From: Podarcis gaigeae
Taxonomy: Eukaryota
DNA length: 63,964 bases
Assembly (NCBI GenBank): GCA_964106915.2
Contig: OZ066914.1
Direction: 5' to 3' (one strand)
Part shown: piece by piece, positions 11,910 to 22,775 of the stretch
Layout: every line of letters begins with the position of its first letter
How positions within the stretch are numbered: position 1 is the stretch's first letter
Notes under the pieces: generated by a model
The model's database searches: none
What the model saw: only the letters and a program-made list of their open reading frames with translations
What the model was told of the DNA's origin: nothing
Made by a program: the position numbers and the translations under genes

Positions 11910-12644
11910 TAATCAAAGTAGTAGGTGAAATTTGTGTCCATATTCCTACTTGTGCTATGAAATTCGCTGGATGACCTTGTCTCTCACAGAGTTGTTCTGA
12001 GGGTAAGATGAGGTAGCCTTATACTCATTTGAGAATGAGGGACATAAATATAACTAAAGCACTGAAAAATAAAGATGGCATCTCAGACCGGATCATTTTT
12101 CAAGCTGCCCATTCTTACTACTTTATAGCGTTGCCTGTTACCATTGCCTAACTGTAGGGAAATGAACACCAGGGTTCAGCTCTCTTTGAAAACAATGCCC
12201 TACTATATAATCCTTGACTGCTCTGTGACTCATTAGTGAGGAAGACGAACTCTTCACCTGGAGCATTTTTTAAAATGCTGGCAATCCAGTCAAGCCATTC
12301 TGTTGAGGTTTGTCCTGTTTGGTGGCTGAATCCTGACAATAGTTCAATTGCATTCATGTCCTGTTTACAGGCTTCTTATTTATTCATGTACTTTATTGCA
12401 GTTATATCTCACTTTTTTCTCCTTGGAGCTCAGTGTGACATACGTGGTTCTCCCCCTTCTTATTTAATCGTCACAATTGCCCTATGAGATAGGTAAGATT
12501 GAGTGCTGTGATCTCACAGACCCCAGTCCAGCACTCTAAACATTATGCCACACTGGTATCTGGTTGGCCACTGTAAGAATAGGATGCTGGAACAGATTAT
12601 TTTCATACATTCTTATGGTGAAAAGAATTTCTGAAGCTGAATCC

Positions 12645-13263
12645 TGTGGGAATGTTCAGGGTTCCAGGAGAGGATATATTGTTTATTAATATCCTTCCTA
12701 ACTTGCACCAGCAAGTTCCTTTACTTAGCAAAGTTTACATTCCCCTTTTTACATGCACAGCAGATAGCTGGTTGCAGGCTTGTGTAAGCCTCTCACTATT
12801 ATACAATTCAATCTGTCTCAGACTGAATTGTACGTTCCTGGTAAGTTCCCTTGAATCTCTCTTAAAAGAATATAGACACCACAATCTCATTCAAAGTCAA
12901 TAAAGAAGTTTACTTCAGTGTGATCCCTGAAGGCAGACTTAGTTACAAATATGTACATGTGGATCTACCCCAAATGGGGGAATAATCCCAGTGCTTCTGC
13001 TAGCTGAAAGCAGAGCAGTCCTAGCTAGAAGCTGGTCAAACAAAAAAGGAAGTGAAAAAGAGGGAGGTGTACTGCGTGACTCATCCTTTTGCTACCTGGG
13101 CAGGTTAGGTCACACCCACCTTCTATCACATGCATAAGGAAGGATGCTCCAGCCAGGAGGAACAGGAAGTTTTGACTGGCTGGACGAAATATCCCTAATC
13201 ATGTCCACTCGATTAAAACAAGGAATGTTGTATTTGACTGCTCCCAGTGGATTACATCCCACA
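12645..13263 (-). mobile_element. Solo LTR (copy 3)
   Basis: TGTGGGA...TCCCACA termini; 5-bp TSD AATCC (12640-12644 / 13264-13268). Confidence 0.85.
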
Positions 13264-14164
13264 AATCCTAGAAAGTCCTGGCTAAAACAAAAGCACCCAA
13301 ATGATAGTTTTCACATCCTGTGCAATATTTCTAGTAAAACATGAGGCTTTAAAAAAGAACAAGGAAAAATAATAATGCTTGGGGAGAATATAAAACGGTG
13401 GCTGTAGTTATAAAGAGGAAGGCTTTATTACAACTTTCTGTGGTCTTTGTGGTTCATAGGGGAACAGTAATGTGGCCAGAAGCCACTTCTGACATATTTT
13501 AGGCAAAGAAAATGACATATCCTAAACCACACACCACTGGTTGATGGTTTACTTTGCTATAGTGTGTGTTGAAAACGTGTGTTATGTGTTTGTGTGCATA
13601 TATATAATGCTTTTATTAATTTACTGGATTCTTTACCCCCTAGCCATCAGCAACTGTGGCACTGCAATCTGGCAGGACTGAACTGTACTCTAATTTTTAA
13701 CAGTGTTAAATGTGAAATTGAAGAACATTTGTATTTTAAAAAATGAGCTTCGTATATAGGTTAAAAACTGTGTATATCTCACCAGATATACATATAGCTC
13801 AGAAATTAAGCTGTCTTCCTTGATGATGTTGTGGTATAAATTTGATGGGGGCTGATAGAAAGCTAACATTTATTTTCTCTTAAATACAGGAAGCTGATAT
13901 ACTCTGAAGAAGGAATGATGAAGCACGTGGATTAATTTTTTTAAAGAAACAGAAAAGGTGGAGGACAAATGGCTTACCAAATGGTCAGCAAGCCCTACTG
14001 TGAGGGAAATAGCCATTCGTTCAGATTTTCTCTGGAGTGATAAAGCAAGGCCTCAGTAAGGCACACATACATACAAACTTCTAAAAATATCCTATATGGT
14101 TTGAAGGAAGAGGAAGTATGTGTCCTTTGACACATCTGATGTAGAATAGAATTCAGCTGCATGG

Positions 14165-14780
14165 ATGCTACTAGCCCAGAGATGGAAGGAAGAGACAATC
14201 CCAACCAGAGAAGAATGGCAAATCAAGTTGATGGACTATGCCGAAATAGCAAAATTAACTGGGAAGCTCAGAAATCAAGAAGACAAGAACTTTAAAAAAG
14301 AATGGGGAAAGTTTCTAATTTATACAATGGTACCTCAGGTTACAGACGCTTCAGGTTACAGACTCCGCTAACCCAGAAATAGTACCTCGGGTTAAGAACT
14401 TTGCTATAGGATAAGAACAGAAATCGCGTGGCAGCGGGAGGCCCCATTAGCCAAAGTGGTACCTCAGGTTAAGAACAGTTTCAGGTTAGGAACGGACCTC
14501 CAGAACGAATTAAGTTCTTAACCCAAGGTACCACTGTATACAAGATCACTGTAAGCACATTAAAACATTAGCAGGATTTTAAATACACTTGTAATGAACA
14601 GAATGTATGGAAAACTTAGAAAGACAAAAACTTGGAGAAGCAGTGATATGCAGCTGAAAATAGATTCAAAAGGACCCATGGAAGTGGGGGTAGTCAGGAG
14701 ATTCAGAGTAATCTTGACACTTGAATTTAGAACTGATTTTGTTGTATGTGTATATTTCTGAAAATCAAATAAAAATTTAT
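14165..14780 (+). mobile_element. L1-clade LINE 3' fragment (interrupted by the mariner MITE)
   Basis: LLAQRWKEETIPTREEWQIKLMDYAEIAKLT...KKEWGKF resembles a non-mammalian L1 ORF2 C-terminus; ends with AATAAA near 14768. Confidence 0.6.
14325..14536. mobile_element. Tc1/mariner (Tigger-like) MITE nested in a LINE fragment
   Basis: CA.TGGTACCTC.GGTTA ... TAACCC.AGGTACCACTG TIRs; TA TSD; near-identical copy at 24880. Confidence 0.85.
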
Positions 14781-15751
14781 TGGGGGGGGGGAATAGAATA
14801 ATAGAATTATAGTGTTGGAAGGGACCCTGAGGATCATGTAGTCCAATGCAGCTGTCCCATGTGGGGATCAAACCTGCAACCTTGGCATTATCAGCACCAT
14901 GCTCAAACCAACTGAGCTATCCAGCCTCTATATCACAAAAGGCAATATGGAACTAGAGAAAGGAAATGGGGCTAGACAGGGTGGAAAGCTTTTTCTCCCC
15001 GGCAAACCATTTTTGCCCTATAAAAAGTGTGAGAAAGTAAGTTTCCAAAACAAAACATCATTTCAGTAACAACAGCTGCATTGTGCACAACATCTGAGTC
15101 GCCACTGTGAGTGTCCTTCCACAAAAAGACAGTTTGTCCATTGTGCAGTCCAGTGCACAGTCTGATCCTTCACAAGTTTACTTAGAAGAAGACCCCATTG
15201 CATTTGGCGGCCTTTGCATCCAAGCAACTTTGCATAGGTTTGCAGCCTGAAAGTGCAAAGGCACGTCCCGGGCCTGCCAACCCATGAGGCCAGGTGAGGC
15301 GACTGCCTCAGGCAGCAGGGTTCACAGGAGAAGCAGGTCCCGATGCAGATCTTTCTCCACCTTCACCCCTTGTTCCTGATGTAGATCTTCACTCACCCCT
15401 TCTTCGCTGGGCACCATTTTGTGGTTCACCTCAGCAGGTGCCAGAATGTATTGGGCCAGCCCTGGTCGCAGCATTAAGGTTCCCACAGAGGAAATGAGCT
15501 TAGACAAGACTGGAACACTCAAGGTTGCAGGTGCAGATGCACAGAAGAGACCAAGAGTGAGAAGAATGTCTGGGATACAAAAAGCTTGCAGGACACAATG
15601 TGAGAAAGACACAAGAGCCTGGTCTCCATGTGTATCACAATGAGGTAGCAGAAAGGACAAGAAAGGGGGTGTTGCTTACATCCCAGCACTTCCAGCAAAA
15701 TTAAACCGTTTGTGTGAGTGCTCCCTCTTCACACACAAAGTAGCCTGATAT

Positions 15752-16733
15752 CAGGGCCGGATTTAGGCTTGATGAGGCCCTAAGCTACTGAAGGTAATGG
15801 GGCCCTTTATATGTCTCACTGTCCTTTCTCAACAACAAATTGTCGCTGTTTTTTGTGTTGAATTTATGCTATATGGTAATTTATGGACCTAATAGGTATC
15901 TAAAGTCATTCGCACATGTTGCCAAGCAACCAGTCCATGCAGAATGTAGGCACCCTATATAGAGAAATGAGCAAACCAGTGATATTTTAGGGAGCAGGCT
16001 AGCAGGCGGGGCCCATGACTTACATCATAGGAGCCTACACAACACAAAACACTGTTGCTGTATGTAGGTTTTATTTTATTTGTTTTTTATCTTATATTTT
16101 GGAAATGTACATCCAGGTTTCATTTCCTTTAATTTTTTTTGGGGGGGGCAAGAGAGTGGGGCCCTAAGCTATAGCTTGTTTTGTTGTTGTTTAGTCGTTT
16201 AGTCGTGTCTGTCTTTTCGTGACCCCATGGACCAGAGCACGCCAGGCAATCCTGCCTTCCACTGCCTCCCACAGTTTGGTCAAACTCATGCTGGTAGCTT
16301 CGAGAACACTATCCAACCATCTCATCCTCTATCGTCCCCTTCTCCTTGTGCCCTCCATCTTTCCCAACATCAGGGTCTTTTCCAGGGAGTCTTCTCTTCT
16401 CATGAGGTGGCCAAAGTATTGGAGCCTCAGCTTCACGATCTGTCCTTGCAGTGAGCACTCAGGGCTGATTTCCTTCAGAATGGATAGGTTTGTTCTTCTT
16501 GCAGTCCATGCGACTCTCAAGATTCTCCTCCAGCACCATAATTCAAAAGCATCAATTCTTCGGTGATCAGCCTTCTTTATGGTCCAGCTCTCACTTCCAT
16601 ACATCACTACTGGGAAAACCATAGCTTTAACTATACGGGCCTTTGTTGGCAAGATGCTATCTAGGTTTGTCATTTCTTTTCTCCCAAGAATAGCTTGTTT
16701 AGCTTATTTAGCTTATACGTAAATCCGGCACTG
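15752..16733. mobile_element. Non-autonomous hAT element hosting a nested BovB fragment
   Basis: CAGGGCCGGATTTA ... TAAATCCGGCACTG TIRs; perfect 8-bp TSD CCTGATAT (15744-15751 / 16734-16741). Confidence 0.85.
16182..16689 (-). mobile_element. RTE/BovB LINE, 5'-truncated 3' fragment
   Basis: Translates to KAMVFPVVMYGSESWTIKKADHRRIDAFELWCWRR...YFGHLMRREDSLEKTLMLGK (BovB C-terminus); (CAA)n tail; TSD ATAGCTTGTTT (16171-16181 / 16690-16700). Confidence 0.92.
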
Positions 16734-17507
16734 CCTGATATTGTGGAGGAGAGCTGCAGTAGGAGACAGACAGTATATGATACAATCAGGGGGACTCACA
16801 CTTGTGACAATATGGAAAGGTGTGGCAGTTCCCACTACCATTCATGAGACTGACAGAGGATTCCAAGAAGCAGGTAGGAATGGGTGTATGTTTACTGCTA
16901 TTGCATAAATCCTCTGCATATCTTCCCAGGAGTTAATTTTATTCACTGGGACTTACCAAAAGTGTGCATAAGAGTGTATAGGATTTCACCTTTAAATATT
17001 TATAATCGTGTTAGAAGTTCAGCAGTGCCTGACCCCTCTAAACTCCGGGATCCAGTAAATGTTAGAAGCTAATCAAGCCAGATAGCTTCCCACATTCAGG
17101 TGATCACCTGGGAGATAGGTCATTAGGAGAACAAAGGAAAGGGGGCTCTGGGCCAGGTGGGAAATGAGTGGGGGTTCCTCCTGCAGCTCTTAGTTTGAGG
17201 GCAGAGCTTGCTGTGATGTGGGGGAGCTTCATGCTGGAAAGGCAGAGAGAGAGCCATGGGTGATTTCTGCTTGAATCCAAGGCTGCCAGCTCGGAGAAGC
17301 AGGACAGTCTTTGGGCTGTTAATGCTGTGAATCCTTCCATCATGGCTCAGGTTGTATTTATGTGTAAGTAAACCGTATATCATAAAGACACCACAGTCTC
17401 TGTTGTGCCTCATTCCCAAAAGTAAACATGAACCCTGGATGATCACTTGGAACCCCTGGAATCTCACACCACTTGAAGATTGGGGTGGCGTGCAACAATA
17501 GCCTTTT

Positions 17508-17983
17508 NNNNNNNNNNNNNNNNNNNNNNNNNNNNNNNNNNNNNNNNNNNNNNNNNNNNNNNNNNNNNNNNNNNNNNNNNNNNNNNNNNNNNNNNNNNNN
17601 NNNNNNNNNNNNNNNNNNNNNNNNNNNNNNNNNNNNNNNNNNNNNNNNNNNNNNNNNNNNNNNNNNNNNNNNNNNNNNNNNNNNNNNNNNNNNNNNNNNN
17701 NNNNNNNNNNNNNNNNNNNNNNNNNNNNNNNNNNNNNNNNNNNNNNNNNNNNNNNNNNNNNNNNNNNNNNNNNNNNNNNNNNNNNNNNNNNNNNNNNNNN
17801 NNNNNNNNNNNNNNNNNNNNNNNNNNNNNNNNNNNNNNNNNNNNNNNNNNNNNNNNNNNNNNNNNNNNNNNNNNNNNNNNNNNNNNNNNNNNNNNNNNNN
17901 NNNNNNNNNNNNNNNNNNNNNNNNNNNNNNNNNNNNNNNNNNNNNNNNNNNNNNNNNNNNNNNNNNNNNNNNNNNNNNNNNNN
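17508..17983. other. Assembly gap (476 N)
   Basis: Run of N. Confidence 1.
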
Positions 17984-18395
17984 CTTGGTTGCTTTACTGG
18001 TTTATTATTTAAACAGCTTTGGGCACTTCACATTCCAATGTGGCTGCAGACTGAGGTACATGCCCCTATAATATAAATAAAGCAAAACCTTTATGTGAAT
18101 CATTGGTCTTAGGTGTGATTCATTCTGGATAATTCAAAAAATTGCTCTTTCCTTGTAACATGAATGTTGGTCCTACTAAAATTTCCTCAGCTGTGGCCTT
18201 TTGAAATTTTACTAGTGTTTCTCTAGCATCAGCTTCATGGGACTCTGAATGGCATCTTTCAGAACCTATTGTTTTTAGGCGTCATTTTGAAAACTTAAAA
18301 GGATGTCAGAAATAGGAGAAAATGTTTGCTACATCAATTAAAAATAAGCCACTTTTTAATGCATTTTATTTATTTGCAAATATTTTGATACAACC

Positions 18396-18471
18396 AAATT
18401 GAAACAATTTCTACATAAATTTCTACATAAATTGAAACAATTTCTACATAAATTGAAACAATTTCTACATA
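18396..18471. repeat. 22-bp minisatellite
   Basis: AAATTGAAACAATTTCTACATA x3 plus one partial unit. Confidence 0.9.
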
Positions 18472-20088
18472 AGAAGATCTAAATATAAAGACACAAGCAT
18501 TAATATTAATATCAATGACAATAAAACTCAACAAAGCACCGTAAACAATGCCACAACACAAGTCTGTTCAGCAGCTTTTGTAGTTTGAGTCAGTCAGAGC
18601 CCCACCTTCCCAGGCCTGGTGGGAAAAGGCCAGCAAGGCAGGGATCAGGTCTTTCAGGACTCACAGCCAATATGGTTTCTGGCCATGTCAGTAGCTTCAG
18701 CTTTGTAGCTGGAGTCAGTCCACCCTCCCAGGGAAAAAGGCCAGCAAGGCAGGGAGCAGATCTTACAGGACTCACAGCCAACCATGGCTCAGGACATAAA
18801 GCTGATTTCATAAAATGATTATTTTTCAGGCTTATTGGGAAGTCCCACTCAGCTCAGTAGGACGGTTGTGTAAACATGTACAGGATCATGACCCATGTCT
18901 GATTTTGCAGAACTTCGTACACATCCTCCTTAAAAACATGTCTGAGAAGATAGGTGTTTCCATTAAAAAAGTGTGTGTGTTTAAAAAAAGTGACTTAAAA
19001 GAAAGATTGTTCACAAATTCTTTGGTAAGATCTCTTCCTTCCCTCCTTTTCAAAATCCTGAGTGTTTCAGCGTTCAGAGAAACATTCAGTAATGCTAATG
19101 CTCCAGTTCTGAGAATGTGTTCTATCAGTTCATCTGCCTTCAATGCTGTTGTTATAATGACACATTTGGCACCCATTACACTGAGTCAGCAGTTGGCAAA
19201 CCCCACCATAAGTACACACATGCTGGTGCAGCAAATTAGGGACTTCAGTAACATACATTTCCCTTATCCCTGTACAGTTTGGATGAGCAACAAGAAAAGG
19301 AACAGGCCTATTAACCAAGTGCCTTTTTAACCAGCAAATCTGTTAGTTAACTACATTAAATTATATTTCCATTCGACCATTGACTTATTAGAAGACTGCA
19401 TGTTAGAAGCATGTTTCCCTAGAAGGAAGTCTCACTCAGTTCAGTGGTCCTTACTCCCTAGCAATTGTGCTTAGGACTGCAGCCTAAAATGTGATCCTAT
19501 GCCTGTCTACTTGTATTCAGTGGGACTCAGGCCAAGATTTGTGTGCGTAGGGCTTCATTATTCAAAAACTCCCTTTTTGAAATGCAAAAGGAAATGCGAT
19601 GTCAATTTCCTTACAATGTCAATTAGAAGGAAAGGTCATGGTTAATATTTTCTTCTTAATTCCCTATTTCTGTTAGCGGGGTTTAATGGAATAAGGTTTA
19701 GGGATTGTGATGCCGCTGAATATTTAGAATAGTTCTGTATTTATTTTATTTTTCATATGGTGGGAGGCTGTGGGTTGGGCTGAACACCTAAAGTGATACA
19801 ACTTTTTGGAAAGGTGAGCCAGCAGAAATTATGTCACATCTCTCTGGAAAAAGCATATTCATGGGCATTTTAATTAATGATAGGCAAAAAAGCCTATTTT
19901 TATTTTGTTTCTTTGCACGTGGATTTTGTTGACATGTATTGGAAATCCTTGAAGGGGGAGAAAGCCTTTCATACTTGAAATGACACTACATTTCATATCA
20001 ACTGTTAGTTGAAGCTGTACTTCATGTGGTATTTGGATTTAAGGGAGGAGTGGTATAGTGGTTAGAGTGACAGACTAGGACTTGGGAG

Positions 20089-20423
20089 TAAAGGTAAAGG
20101 GACCCCTGACCATTAGGTCCAGTCGTGACCAACTCTGGGGTTGCGGAGCTCATCTTGCTTTACTGGCCGAGGGAGCCGGAGTACAGCTTCCGGGTCATGT
20201 GGCCAGCATGACTAAGCCACTTCTGGCGAACCAGAAACACTGTTTACCTTCCCGCCGGAGTGGTACCTATTTATCTACTTGCACTCTGACGTGCTTTCTA
20301 ACTGCTAGGTTGGCAGGAGCAGGGACCGAGCAACGGGAGCTCACCCCGTCGGGTATTGAACAACCGACCTTCTGAGCGGCAAGTCCTAGGCTCTGTGGTT
20401 TAACCCACAGCCACCCGCATCCC
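20089..20423 (-). mobile_element. Sauria SINE
   Basis: Near full-length copy with AAAGGTAAAGG tail; sits immediately downstream of the Hox2 relic. Confidence 0.9.
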
Positions 20424-20507
20424 AGTCAAGAGATTAGTAGGTGCATATTAGACAGCTCCTCCTGGCCGTGCTTTCTGGCTGAATTCCATCTGGCCCCGGA
20501 CGCGAGC

Positions 20508-20574
20508 GGGAGGAGGAGGAGGAGGGGCTGCTGTCGAGTGAAAAGTGCACACACGGAGTGATTGATGAACTCTT
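20508..20574 (-). pseudogene. Relic of Hox paralog-group-2 exon 1 (putative HOXD2 remnant) containing an intact Hox/Pbx site
   Basis: Minus strand AGTTCATCAATCA-ctccgtgtgtgcactttt-CACTCGACA-gcagcc-CCTCCTCCT reads SSSI-(19 nt, +1 frameshift)-HST-AA-PPPPPP, versus the Hox2 motif SSSIKTSTLSHSTLIPPP; lies between HOXD3 and HOXD1 on the Hox strand. Confidence 0.7.
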
Positions 20575-21368
20575 CATAGAACTACAAAAATTATTTTAAA
20601 AAAATCCGCCCCATTGGCCCTCCTGTCTCACCGCGACTGCCCTGCTCCCAGCAGTAAGGAAGAACACACAGCCCTCCTTCCTTCCCCACTGGGAAACGCG
20701 ACTTCCCTTGGTAATAACCAAAGAAGAGATTTGTTTCTTGCTGGCGATCAACTTACCATTCAGTCTCTCTCCTGATGAAAGTAGCTGAGGCCCCCAAAGT
20801 AGCGGAGACCTGGCCAAGCTCTCGCGCCTTTCCAGAGGCGGCGCTGGGTTAATGAATGAGCGCAGTGCCTGCCACGTGGTCGCACAAAGAGGCTCCGCCA
20901 ACTCGTCTCGGGCCACGCAGCGAAGCGAGAGTGGGAAGAGCGATTCCCAACCCCGCACTCCTGCGCGCTATTGTTCGATTTCAGGCTCCCAGCCCTGGGA
21001 TTGCGCGAGGAAGAGACTCTTTCCAAGAGTGTGCCTGGCCTGGTGTTGTTGCTGGCAAACGTTTGCCATTCCAAGCCAGAACCTTCTTGATTTATTTATT
21101 TTTTAAACCATTGTGCTGTGTGTGGTTAGGGGAGGTTGTTTGGTTTTTGGAAAGAGTCTGGTTTCTGCGCCTTGGAAGGCAAAACGGAGCCTGGTGAAAG
21201 ACGTCGGGGGCTTCCTTTTCTTAAGCTGCAATGTTTCTGCCAGGGTGGTTTGGGAGAGGTGACTGCAACTGCCACCCTAATCGTGGACTGCTGTATATAA
21301 GAAAAAGCAGCCTGAACAGGTTTATTGTGGCACGAACTTTGTGTGCCACAATAAATCTGCTTTCCAAG

Positions 21369-21558
21369 CACAGAAGCCAACTCCTAAGGGCCGAGGTCCC
21401 TTTGCCCCCCTAAAATATTTGAGGGGTTCTCCTCCCCCCAAAAGTTGATGGACACTGCCATTCAAACAGTGTGTGCGCCCCATGTCATGTGATTGATTAT
21501 GTGGGCGGGGCTTACCTGAGGGCCCCACCCCAATATTTTATTCAAGTTGGCACCGCTG
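21369..21558 (-). mobile_element. hAT-type MITE (family A)
   Basis: Same family; TSD TTTCCAAG/CTTCCAAG. Confidence 0.75.
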
Positions 21559-22412
21559 CTTCCAAGGGTTAGAAGGGTGGTTCTGCCACAACGTTCTAGC
21601 GTAGCACTCTAGAAAAGAATTTTGTTGCAGCAACAAGCGCGGAAGACCAGTGAAGTATCCTAACTCTGCACAAGGCCGTTGCCTTTGCTGTATTTCTTCT
21701 CTGCACAGTACTGGAGCCTCTTCTTTTCCTTCTGTCACACCACAGACCAGCACGGCAGGGTTTTAAATGAATGGATCTGGGATCCAGAGCTCTTTTGGTT
21801 CCTATAGCAAGCTGACTCTGTTTTGCATGAATTGTATTAATTTGTGTGTGTGTGTAATATGCATAATTTGTATAACTGGGTTAAAAAATGGAAAATCAAT
21901 ACAAAATAATTGGCAAAAAAGAGAGAGTTTTGCCTAGTCTACGTATGTCAGTGGTGTCCAAACTTTTTTCACCAGATTTGATGAAGTGAATGGCCGACCA
22001 AAGGGCCAACCAAAGTTGCTGAGGGGTTTTTTTAAGGATTTAACCACAGGTAATAAATTGCCATAGGGACCGGATTAAACCGACCAGCGGGCCGGATTAG
22101 GCCCCCGAAAGGGACTTTGGACATTCCTGACGTAGCTGATCCGGATTGGGACCGGATGGGTGGATTTCCATCTCCTGACATTAAGTGGTGGTGTGGTGCC
22201 CCTGATCAAAGGCATCTTGGCACCGATGGCTTTGCCCCACCGAAAGCACTAGACAATGGTCCTCTCTGCGCTCATTAATCACCACCACTTCATGACCAGA
22301 GGAGTCCGGGACAGAATCCCCACGTGACGAGGCCCCAATGATTGGCTGAAAGGACGGATGAGGAGGTGATGGAATCCATCTATTTACCACCCTGATTGAG
22401 AGTACACCCGGG

Positions 22413-22593
22413 CAGAGGTGCCAACTTGAATAAAATATGGGGGAGAGGGCAGGTAAGCCCTGCCCCGCATCATCGATCACAAGACGCTCGCGCCCTATTT
22501 GAATGGCGATGTCCATCAACTTTGGGGCGGCCACCCTCAAATATTTATTGGGGGGCCCGAAGGTACCTCAGCCCCTAGGAGTTGGTTCGTATG
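22413..22593 (+). mobile_element. hAT-type MITE (family A)
   Basis: Same family; TSD CACCCGGG/CACCTGGG. Confidence 0.78.
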
Positions 22594-22627
22594 CACCTGG
22601 GTGGGCACCGTGCACATGATTTAGTAT

Positions 22628-22775
22628 CAGTGGCTTAGCGTGGGTTGTCTGCACCCGGGGCAAGGCAAGTAATTTGCGCCCCCTAACCCGTGGATTTGCG
22701 CCCCCTAACCCTAACCCCCAGATGTTGCTCCCGGTGCGGCCGGGCCCCCCCCTGCACCCCCACGCTACGCCACTG
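22628..22775. mobile_element. hAT-type MITE
   Basis: CAGTGGC.TAGCGTGGG ... CCCACGCTACGCCACTG TIRs; perfect 8-bp TSD TTTAGTAT. Confidence 0.8.

Noticed and set aside
17473-18076. Long ORFs spanning X residues
   Set aside because: Artefact of the N gap
18886-19176. Minus ORF containing LTKEFVNN, considered as a HOXD2 homeobox remnant
   Set aside because: Only KEF matches; no helix-3 WFQNRR trace or other support
22700-22720. CCCTAACCCTAACCC telomere-like repeat
   Set aside because: Only about 2.5 units, internal to a hAT MITE
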